This document shows positions 56,042 to 63,856 of a stretch of DNA of 64,000 nt, one piece after another. The DNA is from a virus. The stretch is from IMG/VR virus record IMGVR_UViG_3300044993_000080, positions 1-64,000 of that record. One strand, written 5' to 3'. Each line of letters starts with the position of its first letter. Position 1 is the first letter of the stretch. Below the pieces are notes generated by a model. That model made no database searches. It worked only from the letters and a program-made list of their open reading frames with translations, and had not been told where the DNA came from. The position numbers and the translations under genes are program-made.

Positions 56042-56776
56042 TTAGTCGGCGGGCACCATCAGCACGGCGTCCTTATGTCGGAACACTTCACGCCATGTCG
56101 GGCCGAGTGCGTAGATTTCCCGGTCCGTGTTATAGATCGGATGTGCGACCCGGTTCTTGTAGGGTCCGTATGCCCGGCCCTGCAATACGAGGTAGCGCAC
56201 CCCGGCCTCACGTGCAGCCTCGCCAAACGCATGACCAGCCGGTTTCCAGATAGCTTCGGAGCGCGCCCACGGGTCTGCGTCCTCTGGGTGCTTCTTCGTA
56301 GCCCCTTCCTTCGCGTAGGTCGTGGCAAAGAGTTCTGACAGGACGCGCCGGGCAAGCCACGTAGTGAACCCCTGCTGCACCCATTCCCGCGCTTGGGCCC
56401 GAAACGCCTCACCCCGAACATCCAGCGGCACTGCGGCCATGGTCACGCCGGGGCACCGGGCGCGAAGGTGCATGTTGAACACCTCCACGCTGGGAGCATC
56501 GAGCTCTAGCCCTAGGCACTTGGTCCACCCCATCTGCACTGCCCGGATTGCCAGCATCCCATGGCAGGCCCCGAAGTCGATTGCGCCCGTGCGATCTGCG
56601 ACGGGTATCTGCGCCATGGCCACCGCCATTTGATCGTGAATAGCTGGAAGTGTGCCATCCGCGAGATAGGCGTCGATGTGCTTGAAATCGGCAAATACAC
56701 TGCCATTGTGCTGCGGCTTCAGGGTCTCTTTAAGGCTCATACGATTGGCAATCCTTGGGTTCTGCCCTATCGGCAC
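56042..56776 (-). CDS. Class I SAM-dependent methyltransferase-like protein
   Basis: AIDFGACHG motif I and LGLELD motif II. Own TTGACT-17-TATCGT promoter. Confidence 0.75.
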   Translation of the reverse strand: MPIGQNPRIANRMSLKETLKPQHNGSVFADFKHIDAYLADGTLPAIHDQMAVAMAQIPVADRTGAIDFGACHGMLAIRAVQMGWTKCLGLELDAPSVEVFNMHLRARCPGVTMAAVPLDVRGEAFRAQAREWVQQGFTTWLARRVLSELFATTYAKEGATKKHPEDADPWARSEAIWKPAGHAFGEAAREAGVRYLVLQGRAYGPYKNRVAHPIYNTDREIYALGPTWREVFRHKDAVLMVPAD

Positions 56777-57020
56777 ATTGAGTTGGTTTTATGGGTGGCG
56801 TCAGGTCTCTCTACGATAACGTAGCGTGGATTTTAAGTCAACGCGCGGGTTCGCAAATCAGGTCTCTGATCTGCATGTTATCTAGAGCAGGTTGTGCGGA
56901 TTGTGTCTGTAGCGCCAGTGGTGCTTGGCCAGTCGGCCACACTTGTCCGGGGCGAATGGGCGCGGTCTTTGCGGCACTGATGCTTTGGTGCTTTCGGAGC
57001 CGGTGGTGTATGTTCGAGCT

Positions 57021-57332
57021 TCACCGACCCATCTCTTCGCGCCACTGCATAGCAACCCGTTGCAGGGTCTGGACTGCGAGCGCGAAATCCTTGTTAGTTT
57101 CGATCTTGGCGGGCGCAGCTTTGAGCGCGTGGAATACCGTGCTGCTGTTGTATCCGAAGCGCCGGGCGATCCGATTGCGAGACCATCCGTGCTCTTTCAG
57201 GACATACCAGACAGCATGGCGCGCTTCGATCATCTCGCTCTCTTGGCTCTTGGTAATCTTGCGCACACCATAGAACGCCGCCGCGCTCGTGGTCAGGCGA
57301 TCAGAAAGTGCGACGGGTAGGCCGTCATTCAT
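57021..57332 (-). CDS. DnaA C-terminal-like HTH protein
   Basis: A.FYG....I........AR..VWY.....G.S...IA..FG...STV.HA pattern. Confidence 0.75.
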   Translation of the reverse strand: MNDGLPVALSDRLTTSAAAFYGVRKITKSQESEMIEARHAVWYVLKEHGWSRNRIARRFGYNSSTVFHALKAAPAKIETNKDFALAVQTLQRVAMQWREEMGR

Positions 57333-57456
57333 GCGCTTCCCGCCTCTCTAGGTTCCATGTCGCGGCCCACCCATCCATAGTCCTGATTGAACACCGTGCG
57401 TCGGTGCATGGTGCTGGCGGCGGGGAATGCCTCGTCATCGCAACCCGTTGCAAGTG

Positions 57457-57720
57457 TCATGCCCTGAACTCCCCTGTGATCGTGCGGCGGCGATTGATGT
57501 CGCGGACGGCCTGCACCATCACCCGGCTGTCCGGCCCCAACTCGAACGGTCCGTAGAGCGTGACCTCTTGCCGGGTGCCGACCGGGCGCGGGATGCCCCT
57601 CGCAAAGCTGAGGGCACCCGGCATCGCTGCTTTGGCGCTGTCGGCCTCGATCATCGTTTGCTCAAACCAGACCGAGCCATTGTCAGGCTTGTTCTCGACA
57701 CTGGCGACATAGAACATCAT
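57457..57720 (-). CDS. Hypothetical protein
   Basis: Translationally coupled ORF. Confidence 0.6.
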   Translation of the reverse strand: MMFYVASVENKPDNGSVWFEQTMIEADSAKAAMPGALSFARGIPRPVGTRQEVTLYGPFELGPDSRVMVQAVRDINRRRTITGEFRA

Positions 57721-58157
57721 CGCTGGACCCCCACGATTTCGATAGCCTGCACGTCACCGCGCGCCACCGCCATGTGGGCGATGTGTGGGTATGTTGTCGC
57801 CAGCGGGAATACCCACTCCATCTCGGAGCCATCGTTGAAGATGACATTCACGGTAATACGGTCCGTGTCATTCAAGTCGATGGGGTCCGGCACGTCGGTC
57901 ATCTGGATGCACCGTGCGATGCTTTCGGGTGTGTGAGTTACAATCATCGGTCGTGTCTCCTCTGGCTCAAGGTTGTGAGGCATGATAGATACCAGCGGCG
58001 TGAGTTGGTTCGTCTCGCCGGGCGCGCGATCCAGCCGGACAAACACAAACCCGCTTTCAGACATACCTTCTACAGCCCCGGTGCGCCCGGTGTAGGTGGA
58101 GAGCCCGGTGCCAATATACCGGACGCGGGCTCCGTAGGTTACGGCCTCGGGTGCCAT
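57717..58157 (-). CDS. Hypothetical protein (SH3-like N-terminus)
   Basis: G.RVRY.......G..G.V......VFVRLD pattern. Confidence 0.65.
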   Translation of the reverse strand: MAPEAVTYGARVRYIGTGLSTYTGRTGAVEGMSESGFVFVRLDRAPGETNQLTPLVSIMPHNLEPEETRPMIVTHTPESIARCIQMTDVPDPIDLNDTDRITVNVIFNDGSEMEWVFPLATTYPHIAHMAVARGDVQAIEIVGVQR

Positions 58158-58585
58158 CAGTCAGCACTCACGAGGCGGACGGTGGCACCAGATGCGATCT
58201 GGAACGACTTCGGGATGCCGTAGAGATCAGCGGCCTTTTCAGTGACCCAGTAGAGATTGTTTTTGCGATTGCGGTTAAAGCTGGCGTCGCGCTTGATCGA
58301 GCCGTTGTAGTAAATCTTGTCGAACGCGGCCTCGCCAAGATGCTCCAGAATGTCGATCTGATCCACTGCGCGGTTGTTGCGCAAAAAGTGAGCGATCTCG
58401 TCGTCAGTCGGCTTCGACTGGCGGACCTTGCGACCGGCGTAGTCGGTGATGAAATCAGCCTCTTCGACCACCGGCAGATAGGTCGCGGTGACGGCTGCGC
58501 ACAGGATTTTGGCTGCGCGGCTGTTGGCCTGAGCCTCGCGCTTGACGCGACGGTTGGCAATTTGGCGGGCGGTAAGTTTGGTCAT
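58157..58585 (-). CDS. Hypothetical protein
   Basis: Driven by the promoter-leader cassette. Confidence 0.75.
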   Translation of the reverse strand: MTKLTARQIANRRVKREAQANSRAAKILCAAVTATYLPVVEEADFITDYAGRKVRQSKPTDDEIAHFLRNNRAVDQIDILEHLGEAAFDKIYYNGSIKRDASFNRNRKNNLYWVTEKAADLYGIPKSFQIASGATVRLVSAD

Positions 58586-58642
58586 TTGAAATCTCCCTTT
58601 CGACCCCTTAATCATGGCTTAGGCGAGATTTTATGTCAAGCG
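58583..58642 (-). repeat. 60-bp promoter+leader+ATG cassette, copy 2
   Basis: Identical to 55134-55193. Confidence 0.95.
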
Positions 58643-58689
58643 AAAAAACGATATTTAACGTCGATTTTGCAACAAGTTGCAAGAGTTGA

Positions 58690-59079
58690 TTAACTCTTTC
58701 GAGCGTCCACAATCTTGCCCCAGTCTGCCCGCGTCTTGTTTTTGTGGCAAATCTTGCACCGGGTCCGCAAGTTGCTCGGTTGCCAGTGTTCGGGCCTATT
58801 GGCGAGCCGCAAAGGCGTATCGTGATCGGCTTCCCAATCATCGGTGATTTGGCCGCAATCGCAGCACTTGCCCTTATCGCGGCCCCACAGAAAACGCCGG
58901 GTAACGGCGGGGTCGCTCATTATCTTCCACCTGACTAGACATAGCTGATGCCAGCGGCGGCGGGTCTGGATCATCCCACCCTCGGTGATTGGCTCTCCGC
59001 ACATCCGGCACCATCCGGGCCTTGCGCTCTCGTAAAACGGTGGGCGGGGTGGACGACGGTGAACCTGCTTCCGCGTCAT
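58690..59079 (-). CDS. HNH endonuclease
   Basis: RD.G.C.DCG...WEADH..PL......NL.T.C..CH..KT motif. Confidence 0.88.
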   Translation of the reverse strand: MTRKQVHRRPPRPPFYESARPGWCRMCGEPITEGGMIQTRRRWHQLCLVRWKIMSDPAVTRRFLWGRDKGKCCDCGQITDDWEADHDTPLRLANRPEHWQPSNLRTRCKICHKNKTRADWGKIVDARKS

Positions 59080-59324
59080 ACCACGATGGCCCGTGCTTCC
59101 TCCCGGCATAGCATCTCGGGCCGGACCGGGCGGTTGGTCTTGTGGGGTAGGAACTCGTAGTCCCAGTCAACCCATACGGCTCCGACGCGTTCGCTGGAAA
59201 GATGCGAGACCCTGCCGTGCCACACGACCCTCTGTCCCCTCCGCTTGGCGAGGATAGAGGTCACTAGACAAGGCTCGACCGTGCGAACGCGCATACCCGG
59301 CTGGAAGTCTTCTCGGTCCATCAC
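59076..59324 (-). CDS. Hypothetical SH3-like protein
   Basis: F.PG.RVR....G.V......V.VDWD pattern. Paralogue remnant at 42235-42399. Confidence 0.7.
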   Translation of the reverse strand: MMDREDFQPGMRVRTVEPCLVTSILAKRRGQRVVWHGRVSHLSSERVGAVWVDWDYEFLPHKTNRPVRPEMLCREEARAIVV

Positions 59325-60286
59325 ATATCCAGTGGTGAGCGAATGTTCTTGAATGAAGGGAAGCGCGGGGCCTTCTGCGCGCCGTGCGGCTTGTGTCTGT
59401 AGGTCAAGATCGCGCTCCCAATGTAGCGGTCCCGGTTCTCCCAGAACTCTTTGCCCATAGCGTGGTCAAATCCCGTCCCGCAGTCGAACTCGACCCCTGT
59501 GAGCCGGTCCCGGCACTTCCACGCGCCTAGCCGCCCCAGAGGCCGCCGTGCGTCAACCGTGGACGCCCGCTCTAGGAACCCCTGCTCGTTGCGCACACCC
59601 TCGTTAGTGTTCTCGAATGCCTCGACCGCTCCGATGATGTCGGCTTCGGAAGTCGCCCACGCAGTGAGCCGCATCAAGCCCTGTTCCTTTACAGTCGAGC
59701 GCCCGAACTTGTAGGGCGCATCCAGCCTGCGGTAAACTAGGCCTTCCAGCCGCTGCTCGACAACCCAACGCCGCTCTACATGATCCACCTGCTCCTGTGA
59801 GCGGCAAACGGTAAACGGCACGATGTCAACCCACTCGGGCACCCGGCGGTCTGCCACCATCGCCTCGATGTGCTTGCGGCGATCCCGAAAGGGCATATCG
59901 CGGTCGATGCCGTTCTCGGGCGTCGGTTGGATGTCGAACAGATACCAGCGCAACTTCGGAGTGTAGGCTACCGTCATCACTGCGCTCGTAGTGCGGTTGC
60001 AAAGCCACTGGCCGCCCGGATCGAATACACCGTCCGTATCGGTGATAAACTCACCGTCGAGCCCGTCGAGATTGAAGCCTGCGTCGTGCGCCATACTGAA
60101 CATGTGGTTGAGATAGCGATTGGGGAACGCCTTCAGGCGGCGGGTGAAGGGCTTCGCGTGGCGGCACAAGCCACGCACTCCGTCCACCTTGCCGGTGACG
60201 CCGATGGGCCACGTGATCTGGCTGGGGTCCGGCGCGGTAGCGGCAAGCATGGGGTGTCCCGGAAACTTATCAGTAGGCGCAGTCAC
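59321..60286 (-). CDS. ATP-dependent DNA ligase
   Basis: PMLA, motif I KVDGVR, LDGEF, LFDI, EGLVYR, GTGF and PRFPSF...R motifs. Confidence 0.93.
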   Translation of the reverse strand: MTAPTDKFPGHPMLAATAPDPSQITWPIGVTGKVDGVRGLCRHAKPFTRRLKAFPNRYLNHMFSMAHDAGFNLDGLDGEFITDTDGVFDPGGQWLCNRTTSAVMTVAYTPKLRWYLFDIQPTPENGIDRDMPFRDRRKHIEAMVADRRVPEWVDIVPFTVCRSQEQVDHVERRWVVEQRLEGLVYRRLDAPYKFGRSTVKEQGLMRLTAWATSEADIIGAVEAFENTNEGVRNEQGFLERASTVDARRPLGRLGAWKCRDRLTGVEFDCGTGFDHAMGKEFWENRDRYIGSAILTYRHKPHGAQKAPRFPSFKNIRSPLDM

Positions 60287-60516
60287 GAGACCTTCTCCTT
60301 CATCTTGGTAGCGAACGCGATCCCGCCAGCTACCCACTGCTCGTGGGCCATGTCGCTGAAGCGCGGGCACATCACGCTCTGTGTTTCAAAAGCCCCGGTA
60401 GGTCCGTCGATGTCATCGAACTCGTAGTAGTGGTAGCCATCACCCCGGTATAGCCTCACCTCCGGGTGCCCTGCCGCCGCGATGGCCTTGGTGACAGTGT
60501 GAACGCCGCGTGCCAT
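60283..60516 (-). CDS. Hypothetical protein
   Basis: Translationally coupled ORF with L.RG.GY.Y motif. Confidence 0.7.
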   Translation of the reverse strand: MARGVHTVTKAIAAAGHPEVRLYRGDGYHYYEFDDIDGPTGAFETQSVMCPRFSDMAHEQWVAGGIAFATKMKEKVS

Positions 60517-60716
60517 CAGGCGAACTCGGCCACGAGACAGGCAAGCTCTTCGTCCATGTCGATCATGCGGCTCCAGTCATCTTCCGACAGGTGCTCGCGC
60601 TGATCGTCGCTGATCCACGGATAGGCTTGCGACAGGTGGATGATGTCCCCGTCCGCGTTGCGTTGGAGCGCGGCAAACTCGGCATCGGTGAACTGCTCGG
60701 TGCGGTCATCAAACAT
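60516..60716 (-). CDS. Hypothetical acidic protein
   Basis: Driven by the promoter-leader cassette. Confidence 0.7.
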   Translation of the reverse strand: MFDDRTEQFTDAEFAALQRNADGDIIHLSQAYPWISDDQREHLSEDDWSRMIDMDEELACLVAEFA

Positions 60717-60773
60717 TTGAAATCTCCCTTTCGACCCCTCAATCATGGCTTAGGCGAGATTTTATGTCAAGCG
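60714..60773 (-). repeat. 60-bp promoter+leader+ATG cassette, copy 3
   Basis: 59/60 identical to the other two copies. Confidence 0.95.
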
Positions 60774-60806
60774 AAAACCGCAACGGGTTGCAAGGTTTCA
60801 TTAACG

Positions 60807-60841
60807 AAAACCGCCGCCTCTCCCAGCCGGAAAGGCGGCGG
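60807..60841 (-). terminator. Intrinsic terminator after the 60872-62131 gene
   Basis: CCGCCGCCTTTCC-loop-GGAGAGGCGGCGG-TTTT. Confidence 0.8.
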
Positions 60842-60871
60842 CTCTGCTTCGTTACGACCGGAAGGTGGCCC

Positions 60872-62131
60872 CTACGCGGTCGCTTCGGTGACTTTGGGTT
60901 CTTCGACTTCCGCCCCAGCGTCGAACTCGAACTCGCTGCCGTCCGCATCGACATAGCTGATCTTCTGGAGACCAAACTTGGCGGCCATCAATTCGAGCGT
61001 GTCTTCGAGCGAGAGGTCCGTGCCGGTTCCGGTGCCGCGCCAGTCGCCGCAGATGTATATCAGCGCCTTGTTCAGGTCCTGCTCGCCGATCTGGGTCTGC
61101 GCTTCCTTGAGGGCTTCGTTGACCGTGTTGGCGTCCTCTTCGGCGATCTTGAAGGTGAACGTGGTCAGTTGCACCGTCTCGTTCTGACCGCGCGTCGTGA
61201 CCTTGTAGGACTTCTTGATGTGCGCGATCAACTCGTCCCGCGTCATCTCGTCGGCCTTCTTGGTCAGCTTGTCGAAGTCGCGCTTCAGTTCCGCCGCGTC
61301 GATGCGCGCCAGTTCCTTGAGCTTCGACCACCCGATGCTGGCGAGCGACGCTTCGTCCGCGCCGATCATGGCGAACTTGACGTAAATCTTCATCAGGTAG
61401 TCGGCCTTGCGCGGCTCGATACCCAGCGTCTCGCGGACGTAACTCTCGAAGCCCTTGCTGCCGTCGTAGCCCAACGATTTGTAGGCCCCGGTCTCACGGA
61501 TATGGCGCAAGACGCCGCCCAGCGTGAAATCGGTCTGCTCGGCACGATCCACCAGCGCCTTGGCGGCTTCCAGTGCATCCTGCTCGGACAGGATTTCCTT
61601 GACGCTGGCGAGGTCCGCGATTTCGGTAACGGCGGTCGCCTTGATTTCGGCCTTGGGTTCCGTCTTGGCGGCGGCCTTGGTGTTCGCCTTGGTGTTCGCC
61701 TTGGACTTGGCCTTCGGAGACGCCTTGGCAGGCCCGGCAGCGGCGGCTCCGGCTTTCGCCTTGGCAGTCGCCTTGGACTTCGCAGCCGGTTTCGCTTCGA
61801 CCACCTCTTCGACTTCGACCGCCTCCTCGACTTCGACCGCCTCCTCGACCGCCTCCTCGACTTCGCCTTCGTCATCGAGTTCTGCGAGTTCCAGCTCTTC
61901 GGGGAACACGCGCTCGGCATACTTGGGCGTGCCGTCATCATTCAGGATGTCGTTGCCTTCATCATCGACGGCTACCACCACGATGTCCGCTTCGTTTTCG
62001 AAGCGTTCGATCCGCACGGGCATATCCGCTTCAAGGACGGTCTCCTGACCTTCCTCGATTTGGGCGTAGCCCTTGAAAATCGCGTAGCCGTTGACCTTGA
62101 AGCCAGCGGCGATTGCAGGATGTTCTGCCAT
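60872..62131 (-). CDS. Putative abundant DNA-binding protein
   Basis: Acidic EEAVEV repeats, histone-H1-like Ala/Lys tract and an HTH-like F..YV...LGI..RKA.YLM region. Own promoter and terminator. Confidence 0.7.
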   Translation of the reverse strand: MAEHPAIAAGFKVNGYAIFKGYAQIEEGQETVLEADMPVRIERFENEADIVVVAVDDEGNDILNDDGTPKYAERVFPEELELAELDDEGEVEEAVEEAVEVEEAVEVEEVVEAKPAAKSKATAKAKAGAAAAGPAKASPKAKSKANTKANTKAAAKTEPKAEIKATAVTEIADLASVKEILSEQDALEAAKALVDRAEQTDFTLGGVLRHIRETGAYKSLGYDGSKGFESYVRETLGIEPRKADYLMKIYVKFAMIGADEASLASIGWSKLKELARIDAAELKRDFDKLTKKADEMTRDELIAHIKKSYKVTTRGQNETVQLTTFTFKIAEEDANTVNEALKEAQTQIGEQDLNKALIYICGDWRGTGTGTDLSLEDTLELMAAKFGLQKISYVDADGSEFEFDAGAEVEEPKVTEATA

Positions 62132-62259
62132 TTTCTCACTCCGTTTATCTGACCCTTAGGTCAACCTAGGCCCGCTCTCCTCTCGGCAACGGGCCTGCAC
62201 ACAATAGGCAAAACGACATTTTATGTCAAGCGAAACTGCAACCCGTTGCAAGCGCAGGG

Positions 62260-62832
62260 TCACACCATCAACTCGACAGCGGCTAGGGCATCTTTTTGGG
62301 GAGAGGTGAGACTGAACGCATCACCATGTAGAAACGCTCCGATTAAGATGCTGACACACGCTGCGTCTGCTTCGTCCTCTTGCTCGACCGATATGCCGTA
62401 ACGCTGGCGCAAATGCAAGCGCACTTCCTTCTTGGGTGTGTTGCCCTTGCAAGTTATGAACTTCTTCACGGTCGTGGGCGTCCCTATGTAAGACACAACG
62501 CCGCGCTCCAGTAGCTCCAGCTTGGCAACCCCGCCCCACTCTCCGAGTGCGTGGTGCCGGGATGTGGACCCAAACGAGTAACCCTCAACACCTCCGATGA
62601 CTTTGCCCGTCCAGCAAACATTGCAGTCCAGCACCCGGCGCATCCGGTCCCGTAGGTCTCGCAGACGGTGAGTGCCGCGAAGTGGCGAGGCAATTGAGAA
62701 AGTCTCGATATGGCCGTCTTTATAGACAGCGATGCCCGTGTTGGTCAGCGATAAGTCCAACCCGATAATCGTCTCGGAAAGCCGGGGGAGACCCGACTGT
62801 ATTGGCCGGGTGCGAGGGCGCGGGCTCGTCAT
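62260..62832 (-). CDS. RuvC-like Holliday junction resolvase
   Basis: IIGLDLSLTNTG, VEGY, P.TVKKF...GN..K and DEADA motifs. Confidence 0.88.
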   Translation of the reverse strand: MTSPRPRTRPIQSGLPRLSETIIGLDLSLTNTGIAVYKDGHIETFSIASPLRGTHRLRDLRDRMRRVLDCNVCWTGKVIGGVEGYSFGSTSRHHALGEWGGVAKLELLERGVVSYIGTPTTVKKFITCKGNTPKKEVRLHLRQRYGISVEQEDEADAACVSILIGAFLHGDAFSLTSPQKDALAAVELMV

Positions 62833-63776
62833 GGCAAGCTGAAGCACAGGTTGGCTCGCTTGCACCCCTTGGCGCGGGTGCATGTCGGCGTTACGCATGG
62901 TCTGGGCAAAAGGCGTCGATCTAGGTTGGCTTCCTTGATGCGCTGCGCGGCTGCGAACATCGCGTCGATCTGCGGTTGCCACTGTTCCCAATGGACGTGG
63001 TATTCCTTATAGACAGCACGGGTGCCGCCGAACTTAAAGTCCTTTCGGCCATAGACGATAATGGCTATGTCCATCACCGGATAACCCATCAACTTGTAAA
63101 GGTGACGGTATCCGAGAACCTGCAACACGTGGTCTGCCAACGGGCTCTTGAGCGCGTCGAACTGGTCCTTGGCCATGCTCTTGATTTCTACGGGCAGATA
63201 GAAACCCATTTCAATCAACGTGAAGTCCGGGGAGCCAACTACGGCAGCCTCGTGGTCAATCAATAGCGGCTCGCGGTAATACTCAAGGTGCCCCCAGCAC
63301 GTCCCACACGTGCGCGTGGCGGGATAGCTACCCACGTGCTCCGAATGGCCGCACCTGCATACCCATTTACCGTGGACGCCATGGAAAGCTCGCGCCTTGA
63401 TCGCGCTCTCTCGGATGTGCTTTTCGACCGCCCGGCCTATCGCCCAGATAATCTTCATGCCGCCACTCACTGTCTCGTGGATGGGCACGCCGTGCTGGCG
63501 ACTGATTGTCTGTTCACGCTCACACACTCCGATCAGGCTGGAAAGGTGCGTGTATCCGTATTCGTTGCCCCCAGAGCGAGTGATGCGCGGATTGGCGTCC
63601 CCAGAGCCGACAAGCCGGGTAACATGCTCCGGATCAAGCTGCGGCTGGCTTCGGGTAATTTGTCGGACGTCCGGCGTGGGTAAGTCATCCGCGCTGCGCG
63701 ACAGGACCGGGGCGCGGATGGTTGTGGGTTCCCGGGTAGTGACGATCCGGGGAGTGGGCGGCTCGTAAGGCATCAT
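62829..63776 (-). CDS. PD-(D/E)XK (Cas4-like) nuclease
   Basis: H.SS..G.C.R, G...E, GSPD...VEIKS, Q..GY and terminal cysteine cluster. Confidence 0.82.
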   Translation of the reverse strand: MMPYEPPTPRIVTTREPTTIRAPVLSRSADDLPTPDVRQITRSQPQLDPEHVTRLVGSGDANPRITRSGGNEYGYTHLSSLIGVCEREQTISRQHGVPIHETVSGGMKIIWAIGRAVEKHIRESAIKARAFHGVHGKWVCRCGHSEHVGSYPATRTCGTCWGHLEYYREPLLIDHEAAVVGSPDFTLIEMGFYLPVEIKSMAKDQFDALKSPLADHVLQVLGYRHLYKLMGYPVMDIAIIVYGRKDFKFGGTRAVYKEYHVHWEQWQPQIDAMFAAAQRIKEANLDRRLLPRPCVTPTCTRAKGCKRANLCFSLP

Positions 63777-63856
63777 GTGCTTAATGTGCTTAGGGCCATG
63801 CACCGGGTCTTCGCGGACCGGGAAGGGCGAGTGTCGTGTGAAGCGCTCAAAAAGGC

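Larger units (their letters stand above)
25917..60770 (-). promoter_or_regulatory. Family of sigma70-type early promoters (TTGACA-17bp-[-10]) each followed by a (G)TCGA(G/A)AGG(G)AGA leader
   Basis: -35 boxes near 25960, 27268, 31452, 34011, 35166, 40509, 42235, 43672, 47712, 55187, 58636 and 60767, each with the leader motif just before the start codon. Confidence 0.85.

Noticed and set aside
55134-63776. Repeats plus a Cas4-like nuclease suggesting CRISPR
   Set aside because: The repeats are kilobases apart and are promoter cassettes. There is no repeat-spacer array, and solo Cas4-like nucleases are common in phages.
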